Positions 18,896 through 27,100 of a stretch of DNA of 64,000 nucleotides are shown piece after piece (within the stretch, counting starts at the first letter, position 1; each line of letters opens with the position of its first letter). A program made the translations under genes and the position numbers. This DNA is from a virus: IMG/VR virus record IMGVR_UViG_3300017649_000199, one strand, 5' to 3'. The notes below the pieces were generated by a model. The model was not told the DNA's origin and made no database searches. It saw only the letters and a list, made by a program, of their open reading frames with translations.

Positions 18896-18961
18896 ATGAC
18901 GAACAACCACCCGATCACGGTCATCGGTTGCGTCCATTGGATTGGCGGATGGGCGGATTGA
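18896..18961 (+). pseudogene. Remnant C-terminus of a different CI repressor
   Basis: MTNNHPITVIGCVHWIGGWAD; 13/15 identical to HPITVIGKVHWVGGW at the end of prophage 2 CI. Confidence 0.8.
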
Positions 18962-18965
18962 CCTG

Positions 18966-19754
18966 ATGGCATCTTTCGTTGCCTACATTGACGAGTCCGG
19001 GGACGAAGGCTTCAGGTTCCTTGAGGGTGAGCGAGGAAGCTCGCGATGGTTCGTCCTCTCGGCAGTTATCTTCCGGAAAGAGAATGATCTTCTAGCCGTC
19101 CAACTCTTGAAGGATGTGCGGCAGAAACTAGGCAAGGAGCCTAAGAAGGCGCTCCATTTTCGGGAGCTGAAGCACGAGGCGCGCATCCCATATGTTTCAG
19201 CGATTGGCAAGGCGCCAATCAGGATCGTCTCAGTGATGATCCACAAGCAATCGCTCAAAAATTTTGAGCACTTCCAGCGAGACGCCCACAAGCTCTACCG
19301 CTACGCCACGCGGCTATTGATTGAGCGTGTGTCATGGGTATGCAAAGAGAACGTCAGGCAAGGCGATGCTGATGGCCTATGCGACTTAGTGTTCTCGAAC
19401 CGAAGCGCGATGTCCTACGCGGATCTCCGTGACTACCTCGCCTTTCTCCGTGATGGGCCGCCTGCGGCAACATGTCACATTGAATGGGGCGCAATTGATC
19501 CGGAGATGGTCCGCGCCGTCAATCACGATCAAATGGCCGGACTTCAGATAGCAGATGCAGTCGCGTCAGGCATCTATTTCGCGCTCAACCTGAACCCATA
19601 CGGTATGGCTGAGCCACGGTATCTAGAGCTGATGCATACGCGGATTTACCGGCACCGGGGGAGAGCGCATGGTTACGGAGCCAAGTTCTGGCCGGACTTT
19701 GACCAGCAAAAGAAAACGCTCGACCACCTTGCGGAGATCGAGCGCTTCTTTTAA
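18966..19754 (+). CDS. DUF3800 family protein (RNase H-like fold)
   Basis: N-terminal AYIDESG, LHFRE and C-terminal GLQIAD (QxAD) signature. Confidence 0.9.
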   Translation: MASFVAYIDESGDEGFRFLEGERGSSRWFVLSAVIFRKENDLLAVQLLKDVRQKLGKEPKKALHFRELKHEARIPYVSAIGKAPIRIVSVMIHKQSLKNFEHFQRDAHKLYRYATRLLIERVSWVCKENVRQGDADGLCDLVFSNRSAMSYADLRDYLAFLRDGPPAATCHIEWGAIDPEMVRAVNHDQMAGLQIADAVASGIYFALNLNPYGMAEPRYLELMHTRIYRHRGRAHGYGAKFWPDFDQQKKTLDHLAEIERFF

Positions 19755-19755
19755 A

Positions 19756-19838
19756 TGCAGGCCCCAGGTTCGAGGATCCCACCCATTCTGGGCTGCCGCC
19801 GTTTAGAGCGACCTCTACAAGCCCTGCGCTTGCCTGCG
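19756..19838 (+). ncRNA. Candidate DUF3800-associated structured RNA
   Basis: Closing stem GCAGGC/GCCTGC enclosing CCCAGG/TCTGGG, TAGAG/CTCTA and AAGC/GCTT stems; starts right after the stop codon. Confidence 0.65.
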
Positions 19839-19873
19839 ATATGCACATTAGCACAGCTATTCGCTAGACGCAC

Positions 19874-19896
19874 AACCCCGCTCCGGCGGGGTTTTT
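19874..19896 (+). terminator. Intrinsic terminator ending cI-DUF3800-RNA unit
   Basis: AACCCCGC-TCCG-GCGGGGTT-TTT. Confidence 0.85.
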
Positions 19897-19949
19897 GCTG
19901 TCTGGCTGCCGGGATGCTGCGATGCGGGATCGAAAGTTGAAGAAACCTC

Positions 19950-19990
19950 TAAAGCATCGCTTGACTATCATCTAAAGCAATGCTTTACTT
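19950..19990 (+). promoter_or_regulatory. PL/OL-like promoter with two operators
   Basis: TAAAGCATCGCTTGA and TAAAGCAATGCTTTA match OR consensus; TTGACT -35 at 19961. Confidence 0.8.
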
Positions 19991-20040
19991 GCTCCAACGC
20001 CCCACGACACCCGGATTCCCGGAGGGGCTTGGAGACTGGG

Positions 20041-20217
20041 ATGACCATCACCGCCGCTTCCGCCCTGATCGCCGCCGCTCTCGAAGCCGGCCAGATCGAC
20101 CGCGACACCGCCATTGCCGCTCAGGCAGCCATCCGCGCCAAGCGCTACGGCAGCCGGATGACCCCTGACCGAGTCGCCAGCGTGCTGGCAAACCGCTTCG
20201 GCATCGTGGGGGGCTAA
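20041..20217 (+). CDS. Hypothetical early protein
   Basis: ATG with GGAG RBS, first gene after PL. Confidence 0.6.
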   Translation: MTITAASALIAAALEAGQIDRDTAIAAQAAIRAKRYGSRMTPDRVASVLANRFGIVGG

Positions 20218-20220
20218 GCA

Positions 20221-20622
20221 ATGGCACTCCAACACCACACGATGAGCCGGTCCGCGCAGCGGGCCTACGACGACCAGGCGCCGTCCGAGGATGGCGAAGC
20301 GCTTGCTGAGCGCATTGACGCCCTGATCGAGCAGTACCGGGCCGACCCCAAGAAGGTCGCCGAGGCAGACCAGTGGATGTCCGGAGGCCTGAGCGAGTCC
20401 GCCTATGACGGCATCGAGTCGATGTTCGCGGACATCGGCGACCGCATCCCGCCCACCGGGATGGTTCTGGGGTCTGACCTGGAATCCCTGCCCCAGCCCG
20501 TAATCGACAAGATCGCCGCAGTTGCCCGCGAGGCGTCGGCCACCCGGTCGGTGCACCTGCGTGACATGGCCGAGGAAGCGGCGAACAGCGAATCGCGTTT
20601 CGCTCCGGAGGCTGCGGCATGA
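20221..20622 (+). CDS. Hypothetical early protein
   Basis: ORF in tightly packed operon. Confidence 0.7.
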   Translation: MALQHHTMSRSAQRAYDDQAPSEDGEALAERIDALIEQYRADPKKVAEADQWMSGGLSESAYDGIESMFADIGDRIPPTGMVLGSDLESLPQPVIDKIAAVAREASATRSVHLRDMAEEAANSESRFAPEAAA

Positions 20623-20861
20623 GCGCCCTGAAGTTCGACGTGCTGGACCTGATCCGGGAGCCGGACAACTACCTTCCCGGCGAGAGGGCGAAGGCTTCGG
20701 CTGCCGTGGGTGATGCGCTGGCCGCAGGCAACCGTGTGATCCGCGCATTCACTGCGCTGGGCAAGGTTGGGTATGCCCAGCATGCCCGGGCGCGGCAGGA
20801 GTGCGAGGCATCGATGGTCGCACTGGAAGCCGCCCTTGCCCGCTTCGGAGGTGCCGAGTGA
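20619..20861 (+). CDS. Hypothetical early protein
   Basis: ATGA overlap. Confidence 0.65.
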   Translation: MSALKFDVLDLIREPDNYLPGERAKASAAVGDALAAGNRVIRAFTALGKVGYAQHARARQECEASMVALEAALARFGGAE

Positions 20862-21208
20862 GCGCGCACAAGCACACGCCGGGGCCGTGGCGCGTCAGCG
20901 GATCGCAGCCCGGGATGATCATTGACGCGGCTGACCGGCCGATAGCCCGAACGCAATATCCCGGGAAGAAGCCGCGAGCTGTAGGCAATTGCTCCGCCAA
21001 TGCCCGCCTGATCGCCGCCGCGCCGGAGCTGCTGGAGGCGCTGCACGAAGGCCGCCGTGCAATCGGCGACCACCATGCGCCGAACGATTGCTATGCGACG
21101 GGTCCGCTTACCGGGGACGACTTTCGGGACCTCGTTCAATGCCCGGCGTGCAGCTTCATCGCCATGTACGACGCCGCCATCGCCCGTGCCACGGGAGAAG
21201 CCCCATGA
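20858..21208 (+). CDS. Hypothetical phage protein (HTPGPW / ANARLIAAAPELLEAL family)
   Basis: Common phage early-gene motifs; GTGA overlap. Confidence 0.7.
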   Translation: MSAHKHTPGPWRVSGSQPGMIIDAADRPIARTQYPGKKPRAVGNCSANARLIAAAPELLEALHEGRRAIGDHHAPNDCYATGPLTGDDFRDLVQCPACSFIAMYDAAIARATGEAP

Positions 21209-21323
21209 GCCTCGAACGCGAACTGCGCCGGCAGGCGCGCGAGGACGCCTTCTTCATGACCGTGATTGCGGGGTTGGCGTTCGTCGCCGGCGCTGGATTC
21301 ACCCTGCTGCTGGGAGCGATGGC

Positions 21324-21722
21324 ATGAGCGAAACGCATGATGTTCTAGCGGGTTATCCCCGTTTGGCTGCCTTCATCGCAACGCGAGATAGGCGCATCGC
21401 AAAGAAGCAGCCGTGGTCCACAACACCACTGCGTGACCTCTTCCGCGAGCTGCTAGCGCGCGGTGCCGTAGTGGTTGGCGGCCGAGCGAGTTGTGGCTCT
21501 CCAGTTGACCCCACTTGGGTCACCTTTACCTCGTGGAATGAGGTGGTATCCAAGGCGTGTGCTGCCGGTTTCCAAATCGACGTCACACCGGTCAAGCACG
21601 GAAACGGCTGGGCAACAAAGGCGCGCGGATTCTGGAACGAGAACGAATATCGGCTCGTCGCAACCCCCGAGCATTCCTCGGTAGTTGGCGCTGGCACCGA
21701 TAACGCCCGAGGTGCCGCATGA
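21324..21722 (+). CDS. Hypothetical protein
   Basis: MSETHDVLAG...; ATGA overlaps at both ends. Confidence 0.6.
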   Translation: MSETHDVLAGYPRLAAFIATRDRRIAKKQPWSTTPLRDLFRELLARGAVVVGGRASCGSPVDPTWVTFTSWNEVVSKACAAGFQIDVTPVKHGNGWATKARGFWNENEYRLVATPEHSSVVGAGTDNARGAA

Positions 21723-21807
21723 AGCGCCTCGCCTGGTCCGTCCTCGGCTACTCGGCAATGACCGCCATGTACCTGACCGCGCTGTGGTGCGCAGTGCAGG
21801 TGCAGCC

Positions 21808-22041
21808 GTGATCCGCCTGTTCTGGCTCTGCGTCGCGCTGGTGTTCTTCGGCGACATGGCCCGCCGCGCCGTGATCGTGCGCGCCGACTCGCTGGTGCTG
21901 CCGATCCTCGGCCTTTGCGTCCTGCTGCTCTGGCTGATCGTCCGCACCGTCCGCCGCGAGCATCGCCGGCTCACCCGCCGCCGCACTGACTTCATCCGCC
22001 CGCGCAGCTTCCCCGAGCAGCGCAAGCGCGACACCCGCTGA
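21808..22041 (+). CDS. Small membrane protein
   Basis: Two hydrophobic segments followed by basic tail. Confidence 0.55.
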   Translation: MIRLFWLCVALVFFGDMARRAVIVRADSLVLPILGLCVLLLWLIVRTVRREHRRLTRRRTDFIRPRSFPEQRKRDTR

Positions 22042-22082
22042 TCCCCGCCGGCGTGGCCGGCCCTACCGACGAGGCAATACCC

Positions 22083-22604
22083 ATGCTCCAGACCGACAAG
22101 GCCATCGCCAAGATCGCCTCCTTCAACCCCCGGGCCGAGAAGCACGGCGACGACAACAAGCTGGCCGCCGACATCAAGGTGCAGATGAGCATCGGCAACG
22201 GCGTCCTGGACCAGTTCCACCCTGACCTGCGCGCTGCGCTGTACCGCAAGGCCGGCCCTGGCGAGCAACAGGACCTGATCGACGGCGAGAACGGCCTGGT
22301 CGCGGTGAAGTTCCCGCGCATCGGCGCGCTGCGCTGGGACGAGGAATTCCCGGGCTACGAAGTGACCATCCATAGCCTGCTCGGCCTGGTCGAGCCGCAG
22401 GAGCTGGTCGACGTGACCCTGAAGAAGTTCGCGTTCGAGCCCATCGAGGGCGGCAGCGTGGCGCTGACCTTCAGCATCGTGTTCCACCCGGACACCGAAG
22501 AAGCCGGCGCCCTGTGTGCGCTGATCCAGGAAGAAGTCGAGCTGACCCTGGTGCCGCCGAAGGCGCAGGCCCAGCAGCAGCCCGATCTGGCCGACGTCGC
22601 CTGA
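22083..22604 (+). CDS. Hypothetical phage protein
   Basis: MLQTDKAIAK... with GAGG RBS and host-like codon usage. Confidence 0.75.
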   Translation: MLQTDKAIAKIASFNPRAEKHGDDNKLAADIKVQMSIGNGVLDQFHPDLRAALYRKAGPGEQQDLIDGENGLVAVKFPRIGALRWDEEFPGYEVTIHSLLGLVEPQELVDVTLKKFAFEPIEGGSVALTFSIVFHPDTEEAGALCALIQEEVELTLVPPKAQAQQQPDLADVA

Positions 22605-22838
22605 TCCCCCTGCCCTGCGCACTCCCCACGCAGGGCGCACCGCGGCAACTGGCCTCCCCTCCAGATGCCGCACCCGGCCGGGCGGGCAATCCCGGCACCT
22701 GATACCCCGCGAGAGCGAGCAACGCCGGCCTTGGACTGAAGGTGCTGATCGGAGGCGGCAATCCTCCGGCACCCGCCGGCAGGTGATTGTGCCGGCACCT
22801 CATACCCACCGCGCCGGCACCGCCGGCAGGAGCTATCG

Positions 22839-23549
22839 ATGAACGCTGTAGTTGCAGCCGCACCCGACAACTACCCGCAGCCCCACGACGAGGGCGCGAC
22901 CATCCTTTCCGTGATTGCGCGCGCAGCGGCAGACCCGAACTGCGACATCGAGAAGATGGAGCGCATGCTGCAGATGCGCGAGCGCGTCCTGGAGCGTCAG
23001 GCCGCCGCCGACTTCGCGGCGGACCTGGCCGAAATGCAGGACGCCCTGCCAAGCATCGGGGAGCGCGGCAACGCCGCTGGGCGCTACACCTACGCCTTGT
23101 GGGAGGACATCAACGCCGCGATCAAGCCAATCATGAAGCAGTACGGCTTTGCCCTGTCCTTCCGCACCGACTTCTCCGACGGCATCGCCGTCACCGGCGT
23201 GCTGTCGCACAAGAGCGGCCACCGAGAGGAAACCACGATCAAGCTGCCGGCCGACGCGAGCGGCAACAAGAACGCTGTGCAGGCGGTTGCCTCCAGCGTG
23301 AGCTACGGCAAGCGGTACACCGCCGGCGCGCTGCTCAACCTGACCAGCCACGGCGAGGACGACGACGCCTTCACCGCGGCCACCGGCTTCGACATCACCA
23401 GCTGGGCCGACGCGATCAAGGACGCCCTGGACAAGGACGACCTGGACCGGATCGCCGCCGACCTGCGCACCAAGACCGGCATCCCTGCCCCGGCCATGCG
23501 CCAGATCCGCGCCCTGTGGGCCGCCCGGGCGAAGGAGGTCAAGGCATGA
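22839..23549 (+). CDS. ERF-family single-strand annealing protein
   Basis: YALWEDI, LSHKSGH, QAVASSVSYGKRY, EDDD motifs. Confidence 0.9.
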   Translation: MNAVVAAAPDNYPQPHDEGATILSVIARAAADPNCDIEKMERMLQMRERVLERQAAADFAADLAEMQDALPSIGERGNAAGRYTYALWEDINAAIKPIMKQYGFALSFRTDFSDGIAVTGVLSHKSGHREETTIKLPADASGNKNAVQAVASSVSYGKRYTAGALLNLTSHGEDDDAFTAATGFDITSWADAIKDALDKDDLDRIAADLRTKTGIPAPAMRQIRALWAARAKEVKA

Positions 23550-24175
23550 AGGCGAACGAGGCTCAGGAATCGCAGGACTGGATGCTGGCGCGTTGCGGCA
23601 TGTTCACCGCATCGCGTGCCGCTGACCTGATGGCACGCACAAAGTCAGGCCCGAGCGCGTCCCGGGCCAACCTGCTCGCTCTGCTCGCCGTTGAGCGCCT
23701 GACCGGCCAGCCGGTGGAGATCTACCGCAACTCGGCGATGGATCGGGGCATCGAACTGGAGGCCGAGGCGCGGGATGCCTACAGCTTCGCCACCGGCGTC
23801 GCCGTCGAGGAAGCCGGCTTCGTGCTGTGCGGTGATCTGCCGAACACCGGCTGCAGCCCCGATGGGCTGGTTGGCGATGGGCTGGTGGAGATCAAGTGCC
23901 CGGCGAGCATGCAGAAGCACCTGGAAGCACTGCGCACCGGCGCGCATGCGGTCGAGTACCGCTGGCAGCTGCAGCACCAGATGCTGGTCGTCGGTGCGCC
24001 CTGGGTGGACGCGGTGAGCTACGACCCGCGCTTCCCCGACCGCCTGCAGCTGGCCATCACGCGGGTGGAGCGCGACGAGGCAGCCATCGCCGAGCTTCGC
24101 GCCGCGATCAAGGCGGCCGATCTGGAGGTGCAGAAGATCGTCGACGAGCTGCGCCGCATGCCGGAGGCCGCCTGA
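23546..24175 (+). CDS. YqaJ / lambda-exonuclease-like recombination nuclease
   Basis: W..ARCG.FTAS, CSPDGL, EIKCP, Y.WQLQ motifs. Confidence 0.92.
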   Translation: MKANEAQESQDWMLARCGMFTASRAADLMARTKSGPSASRANLLALLAVERLTGQPVEIYRNSAMDRGIELEAEARDAYSFATGVAVEEAGFVLCGDLPNTGCSPDGLVGDGLVEIKCPASMQKHLEALRTGAHAVEYRWQLQHQMLVVGAPWVDAVSYDPRFPDRLQLAITRVERDEAAIAELRAAIKAADLEVQKIVDELRRMPEAA

Positions 24176-24402
24176 TGGCCACGGTCACCTTCAGCCCCGA
24201 AGAAAGCCGCGCCGGATCGCGCCGCGGCAGTGCCGCCCGGGCCGCGCTGTACGCACACGTCGTGGAGGGCCAGCTCTGCACGACAGCCCAGATTGCGCGC
24301 CGGCTGGGCATCTCGCCCGACGCAGCCTATCAGCGGATCAAGAAGCGCCCGCACCCGCTGACGTGGGATTCCCTGGCTACGAAGTGGAGGAAGGCAGCAT
24401 GA
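24175..24402 (+). CDS. Small HTH protein
   Basis: TTAQIARRLGISPDAAYQR. Confidence 0.65.
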   Translation: MATVTFSPEESRAGSRRGSAARAALYAHVVEGQLCTTAQIARRLGISPDAAYQRIKKRPHPLTWDSLATKWRKAA

Positions 24403-24656
24403 ACCGTCACTTCACCCGGCGCGCCCCGAAGCGCAACGAGGGCCTCAGCTGGGGCCGCTTCCCGACCGACGACGGCTCCGCGGTGACCTACCGCCTGTTC
24501 CGGCGCGACCACACCGGCCGCCTGTACTTCGAGGCCAGGACCTTCTTCACCACCGCCGATCCCACCTACATCGCCAAGGTCCTGCGCCACGCCAAGCGCC
24601 AGCTGCGCGACCGCGTGGACGAGATCGACCTGGCCGCCATGGAGCAAGCAGCATGA
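24399..24656 (+). CDS. Hypothetical protein
   Basis: Coupled ORF MNRHFTRR. Confidence 0.65.
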   Translation: MNRHFTRRAPKRNEGLSWGRFPTDDGSAVTYRLFRRDHTGRLYFEARTFFTTADPTYIAKVLRHAKRQLRDRVDEIDLAAMEQAA

Positions 24657-25363
24657 ACGCACACAACGAGCAACAGGCCCGCAGCCTCCTGGCACTGGGG
24701 CTTGACGAATTCGGCCACCACACCGAAGCAGAGAACGTCCGCAAGGGCATCGACCTGGACGACTACAAGGTAGACCTGTGGGCTATCCGCGCCGCGCTGG
24801 ATACCAGGCCCGCCGCAGCGCAGGAGGCGGTGGCGTGGCAGCGCCGTTACAAGAATGACGATGAGTGGTTCAACATCAGCAAGCACACTTACGACGAGAC
24901 TGTCGGCGGCAAGTGGGCTGAGAAGTACGATGTACGCGAACTGTACGCCGCCCCCGTCACCGCAGCGCCGGCTGTCGCCTACATGGTTGACGGTAATGTC
25001 GAGCAGGGGTTGTTTTTCGACAAGACTGCTGCCGAGAACATGGCATTCGCCAACTGCGGCACCGTGCGGCCGCTGGTGTTCGCTGACAGCACCCCCGCAA
25101 CGCAGGGGATCGACGCCAGCCCCAAGGGCGACGTGAACGAACAGTTCGGAAGCGCCGAAGGGTTGGGCAGCCCCAAGGGCGGCAGCGAGGCGCGGGATGC
25201 TGCGCGGTATCGGTGGCTGCGTGATCCCGATAATTACCCGCAGCTTGGGCACATCTGTTGGTGGTCGGATGTTTTGGGCGAGTGCAACGACTGCCATTCA
25301 TTCGACGCCGCCATCGACGCAGCAATGCAGGCGCAGGCCGGCGATGCGGAGGGGCAGCCGTGA
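24653..25363 (+). CDS. Hypothetical mosaic phage protein
   Basis: AVAW...LYAAP and DAARYRWLR...DAAIDAAM motifs. Confidence 0.7.
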   Translation: MNAHNEQQARSLLALGLDEFGHHTEAENVRKGIDLDDYKVDLWAIRAALDTRPAAAQEAVAWQRRYKNDDEWFNISKHTYDETVGGKWAEKYDVRELYAAPVTAAPAVAYMVDGNVEQGLFFDKTAAENMAFANCGTVRPLVFADSTPATQGIDASPKGDVNEQFGSAEGLGSPKGGSEARDAARYRWLRDPDNYPQLGHICWWSDVLGECNDCHSFDAAIDAAMQAQAGDAEGQP

Positions 25364-25587
25364 GCGTCGATTTCCCGAGAGGGTGGGAAATCACCCGAAG
25401 CGTCGCCCCCGAGTACCACCACAACCGCTGTAGCTACAACGTTGCCGGGATGCTCTGCGATTGCGACGTGCTGATGAAGCATCCCGAGCAGTTGGACGCG
25501 ACGTTTTATGGCGCCGGCGGCCGTGTCATCCGAGCGGCTGACGAGCAGGCCAACAGCCACGGCGCGGGGGTGTCGGATGGCGATTGA
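25360..25587 (+). CDS. Hypothetical protein
   Basis: GTGA overlap; HHNRCS..CDC. Confidence 0.55.
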   Translation: MSVDFPRGWEITRSVAPEYHHNRCSYNVAGMLCDCDVLMKHPEQLDATFYGAGGRVIRAADEQANSHGAGVSDGD

Positions 25588-25828
25588 AACGAAGACCGTC
25601 ACTGTCTGCACCTGTGACCTGTGTCAGCAGGAGTGCGGTGCAAACGAGGGCGATATGTCCATCACCGTGAACGGCGGATTTCGCGACGTTGGCCCAACGA
25701 CCCTGGACGCCAGTTGGAAGCTGAAGATCCCTTACGGACCGCAGAAGCCACTCGCATGCCGAGCATGCATCGAGAAGCTGATGGCCGCATACCTGCGGAC
25801 AACGGGATGGGAGGTGTCCAATGGATGA
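25577..25828 (+). CDS. Zn-finger hypothetical protein
   Basis: CDLC and CRAC pairs. Confidence 0.6.
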   Translation: MAIETKTVTVCTCDLCQQECGANEGDMSITVNGGFRDVGPTTLDASWKLKIPYGPQKPLACRACIEKLMAAYLRTTGWEVSNG

Positions 25829-25875
25829 CCTGATGCAGCCGCGCCGCAGGCGTCGGCTTGAATGAATTGTTGGGC
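25829..25875 (-). other. attC-like site 1 (left arm degenerate)
   Basis: Shares GGCGTCGGCTTGAATGAATTGTT (23 bp) with site 2; ends GTTGGGC. Confidence 0.7.
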
Positions 25876-25896
25876 CGCTGGCCTACGGAGAAACAA

Positions 25897-26034
25897 ATGC
25901 AACTGCTCGGCTACATAAGGTGGAAGCTGCACAAGTGGCGCACGGGACACATGACGTACTGGCCTATCCGTTTGCGAGCGACAAACAAGCTTGTTTGCCG
26001 TCGCTGCAACGATTGTGGCGCTGACTTCAGGTGA
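25897..26034 (+). CDS. Cassette ORF 1, 45-aa hypothetical protein
   Basis: GGAG RBS; MQLLGYIRWKLHKWRTGHMTYWPIRLRATNKLVCRRCNDCGADFR. Confidence 0.6.
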   Translation: MQLLGYIRWKLHKWRTGHMTYWPIRLRATNKLVCRRCNDCGADFR

Positions 26035-26044
26035 CGAACCTGCG

Positions 26045-26104
26045 GCCCAACACCTGAGTTAACGCGCACCGCGAAGCGGCGTCGGCTTGAATGAATTGTT
26101 ATAC
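26045..26104 (-). other. attC site 2 (60 bp)
   Basis: Minus strand GTATAACAATTCATTCAAGCCGACGCCGCTTCGCGGTGCGCGTTAACTCAGGTGTTGGGC: R''/L''/L'/R' layout of a classic 59-base element. Confidence 0.9.
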
Positions 26105-26121
26105 GGCGATTGAGAGGACAT

Positions 26122-26784
26122 ATGACAGAGAAAGTGACAATCGGGAATGCAGAACTCTGGCACGGCGATTGCCTTGACGTCCTGCAGACAATCGCGCCTG
26201 TAGATGCCGTGGTCACTGATCCGCCGTATGGGATATTGAACCTGGCGGGTGGCGAGACTTCCGCGATACGAAAAAGCCGCAGGGTGAACGCCGGCAGGTT
26301 TGCGGGGACGGCACTTGGTGCAGGCGATCACGAATGGGACGAAGCCCCCTCTCGCCACGTGCTTTTGACGATCCGGGAGAAAGCACCGATCCAGATCATT
26401 TGGGGGGGGAACTACTTTGATCTTCCGCCTTGCCGCGGGATTTTGGTTTGGGACAAGGAGCAGCCGTGGGAAAACTTCTCACAGGCCGAGATTGCATGGA
26501 CCAACATAAACCGCCCGGCCGCAATTTTCCGCATGAGTGCGACGCGGGGCGAGCCAAACAAGCTGCACCCGACACAGAAGCCAATCCGGCTAATGGAATG
26601 GTGCATCAATCGCTGCGGCAGTGCAGCCTCATTTCTCGACCCCTTCATGGGCAGCGGCACAACCGGCGTGGCCTGCGTCCGGCTGGGCAAGTCATTCGTT
26701 GGCATTGAACGCGAGCGCAAGTATTTCGACATTGCGTGCGAGCGCATCGAGAACGAGCAGCGGCAACGCCGGCTAGCCGTATAA
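26122..26784 (+). CDS. Cassette ORF 2, N6-adenine/N4-cytosine DNA methyltransferase (beta class)
   Basis: TDPPY, HPTQKP, DPFMGSGTTG; stop codon lies within the attC core GTATAAC. Confidence 0.93.
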   Translation: MTEKVTIGNAELWHGDCLDVLQTIAPVDAVVTDPPYGILNLAGGETSAIRKSRRVNAGRFAGTALGAGDHEWDEAPSRHVLLTIREKAPIQIIWGGNYFDLPPCRGILVWDKEQPWENFSQAEIAWTNINRPAAIFRMSATRGEPNKLHPTQKPIRLMEWCINRCGSAASFLDPFMGSGTTGVACVRLGKSFVGIERERKYFDIACERIENEQRQRRLAV

Positions 26785-26863
26785 CACCCAAGGTAACGCG
26801 CCGCACGAAAGAGATTGATTTTGGCGGCACAGGTCGGCGGTCGCGTTGACCGTAGTGTTAGAC
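26779..26863 (-). other. attC site 3 (85 bp)
   Basis: GTATAAC...GGTAACGCG / CGCGTT(G)ACC...GTTAGAC with one extrahelical base. Confidence 0.85.
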
Positions 26864-26881
26864 CTACAACGGAGCACCACC

Positions 26882-27100
26882 ATGAAAAAGCAGTACCACA
26901 TTGTTTGGAATGCGCAGAAGACGGAAGGCTATATCACCGACAACGAAGACGATGCAACGTATGCCAGCAGCGGGATGGTTTGTGGCGTGGGAGCAAGCAC
27001 AATTGCCGAAGCGATGCGAGAGGCTTACGCGCAAGACGAAGATAGCTTCGATGACACGGAAGAAGAGCTGCCGACGCAGACAGTTACGATTGAGGTCTAA
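26882..27100 (+). CDS. Cassette ORF 3, acidic 72-aa hypothetical protein
   Basis: GGAG RBS; MKKQYHIVWN...; stop within GTCTAAC core. Confidence 0.75.
   Translation: MKKQYHIVWNAQKTEGYITDNEDDATYASSGMVCGVGASTIAEAMREAYAQDEDSFDDTEEELPTQTVTIEV

Noticed and set aside
25829..26863. CRISPR array from the repeated GGCGTCGGCTTGAATGAATTGTT
   Set aside because: Only two near-identical copies, spacers are gene-sized, no cas genes; attC architecture explains it
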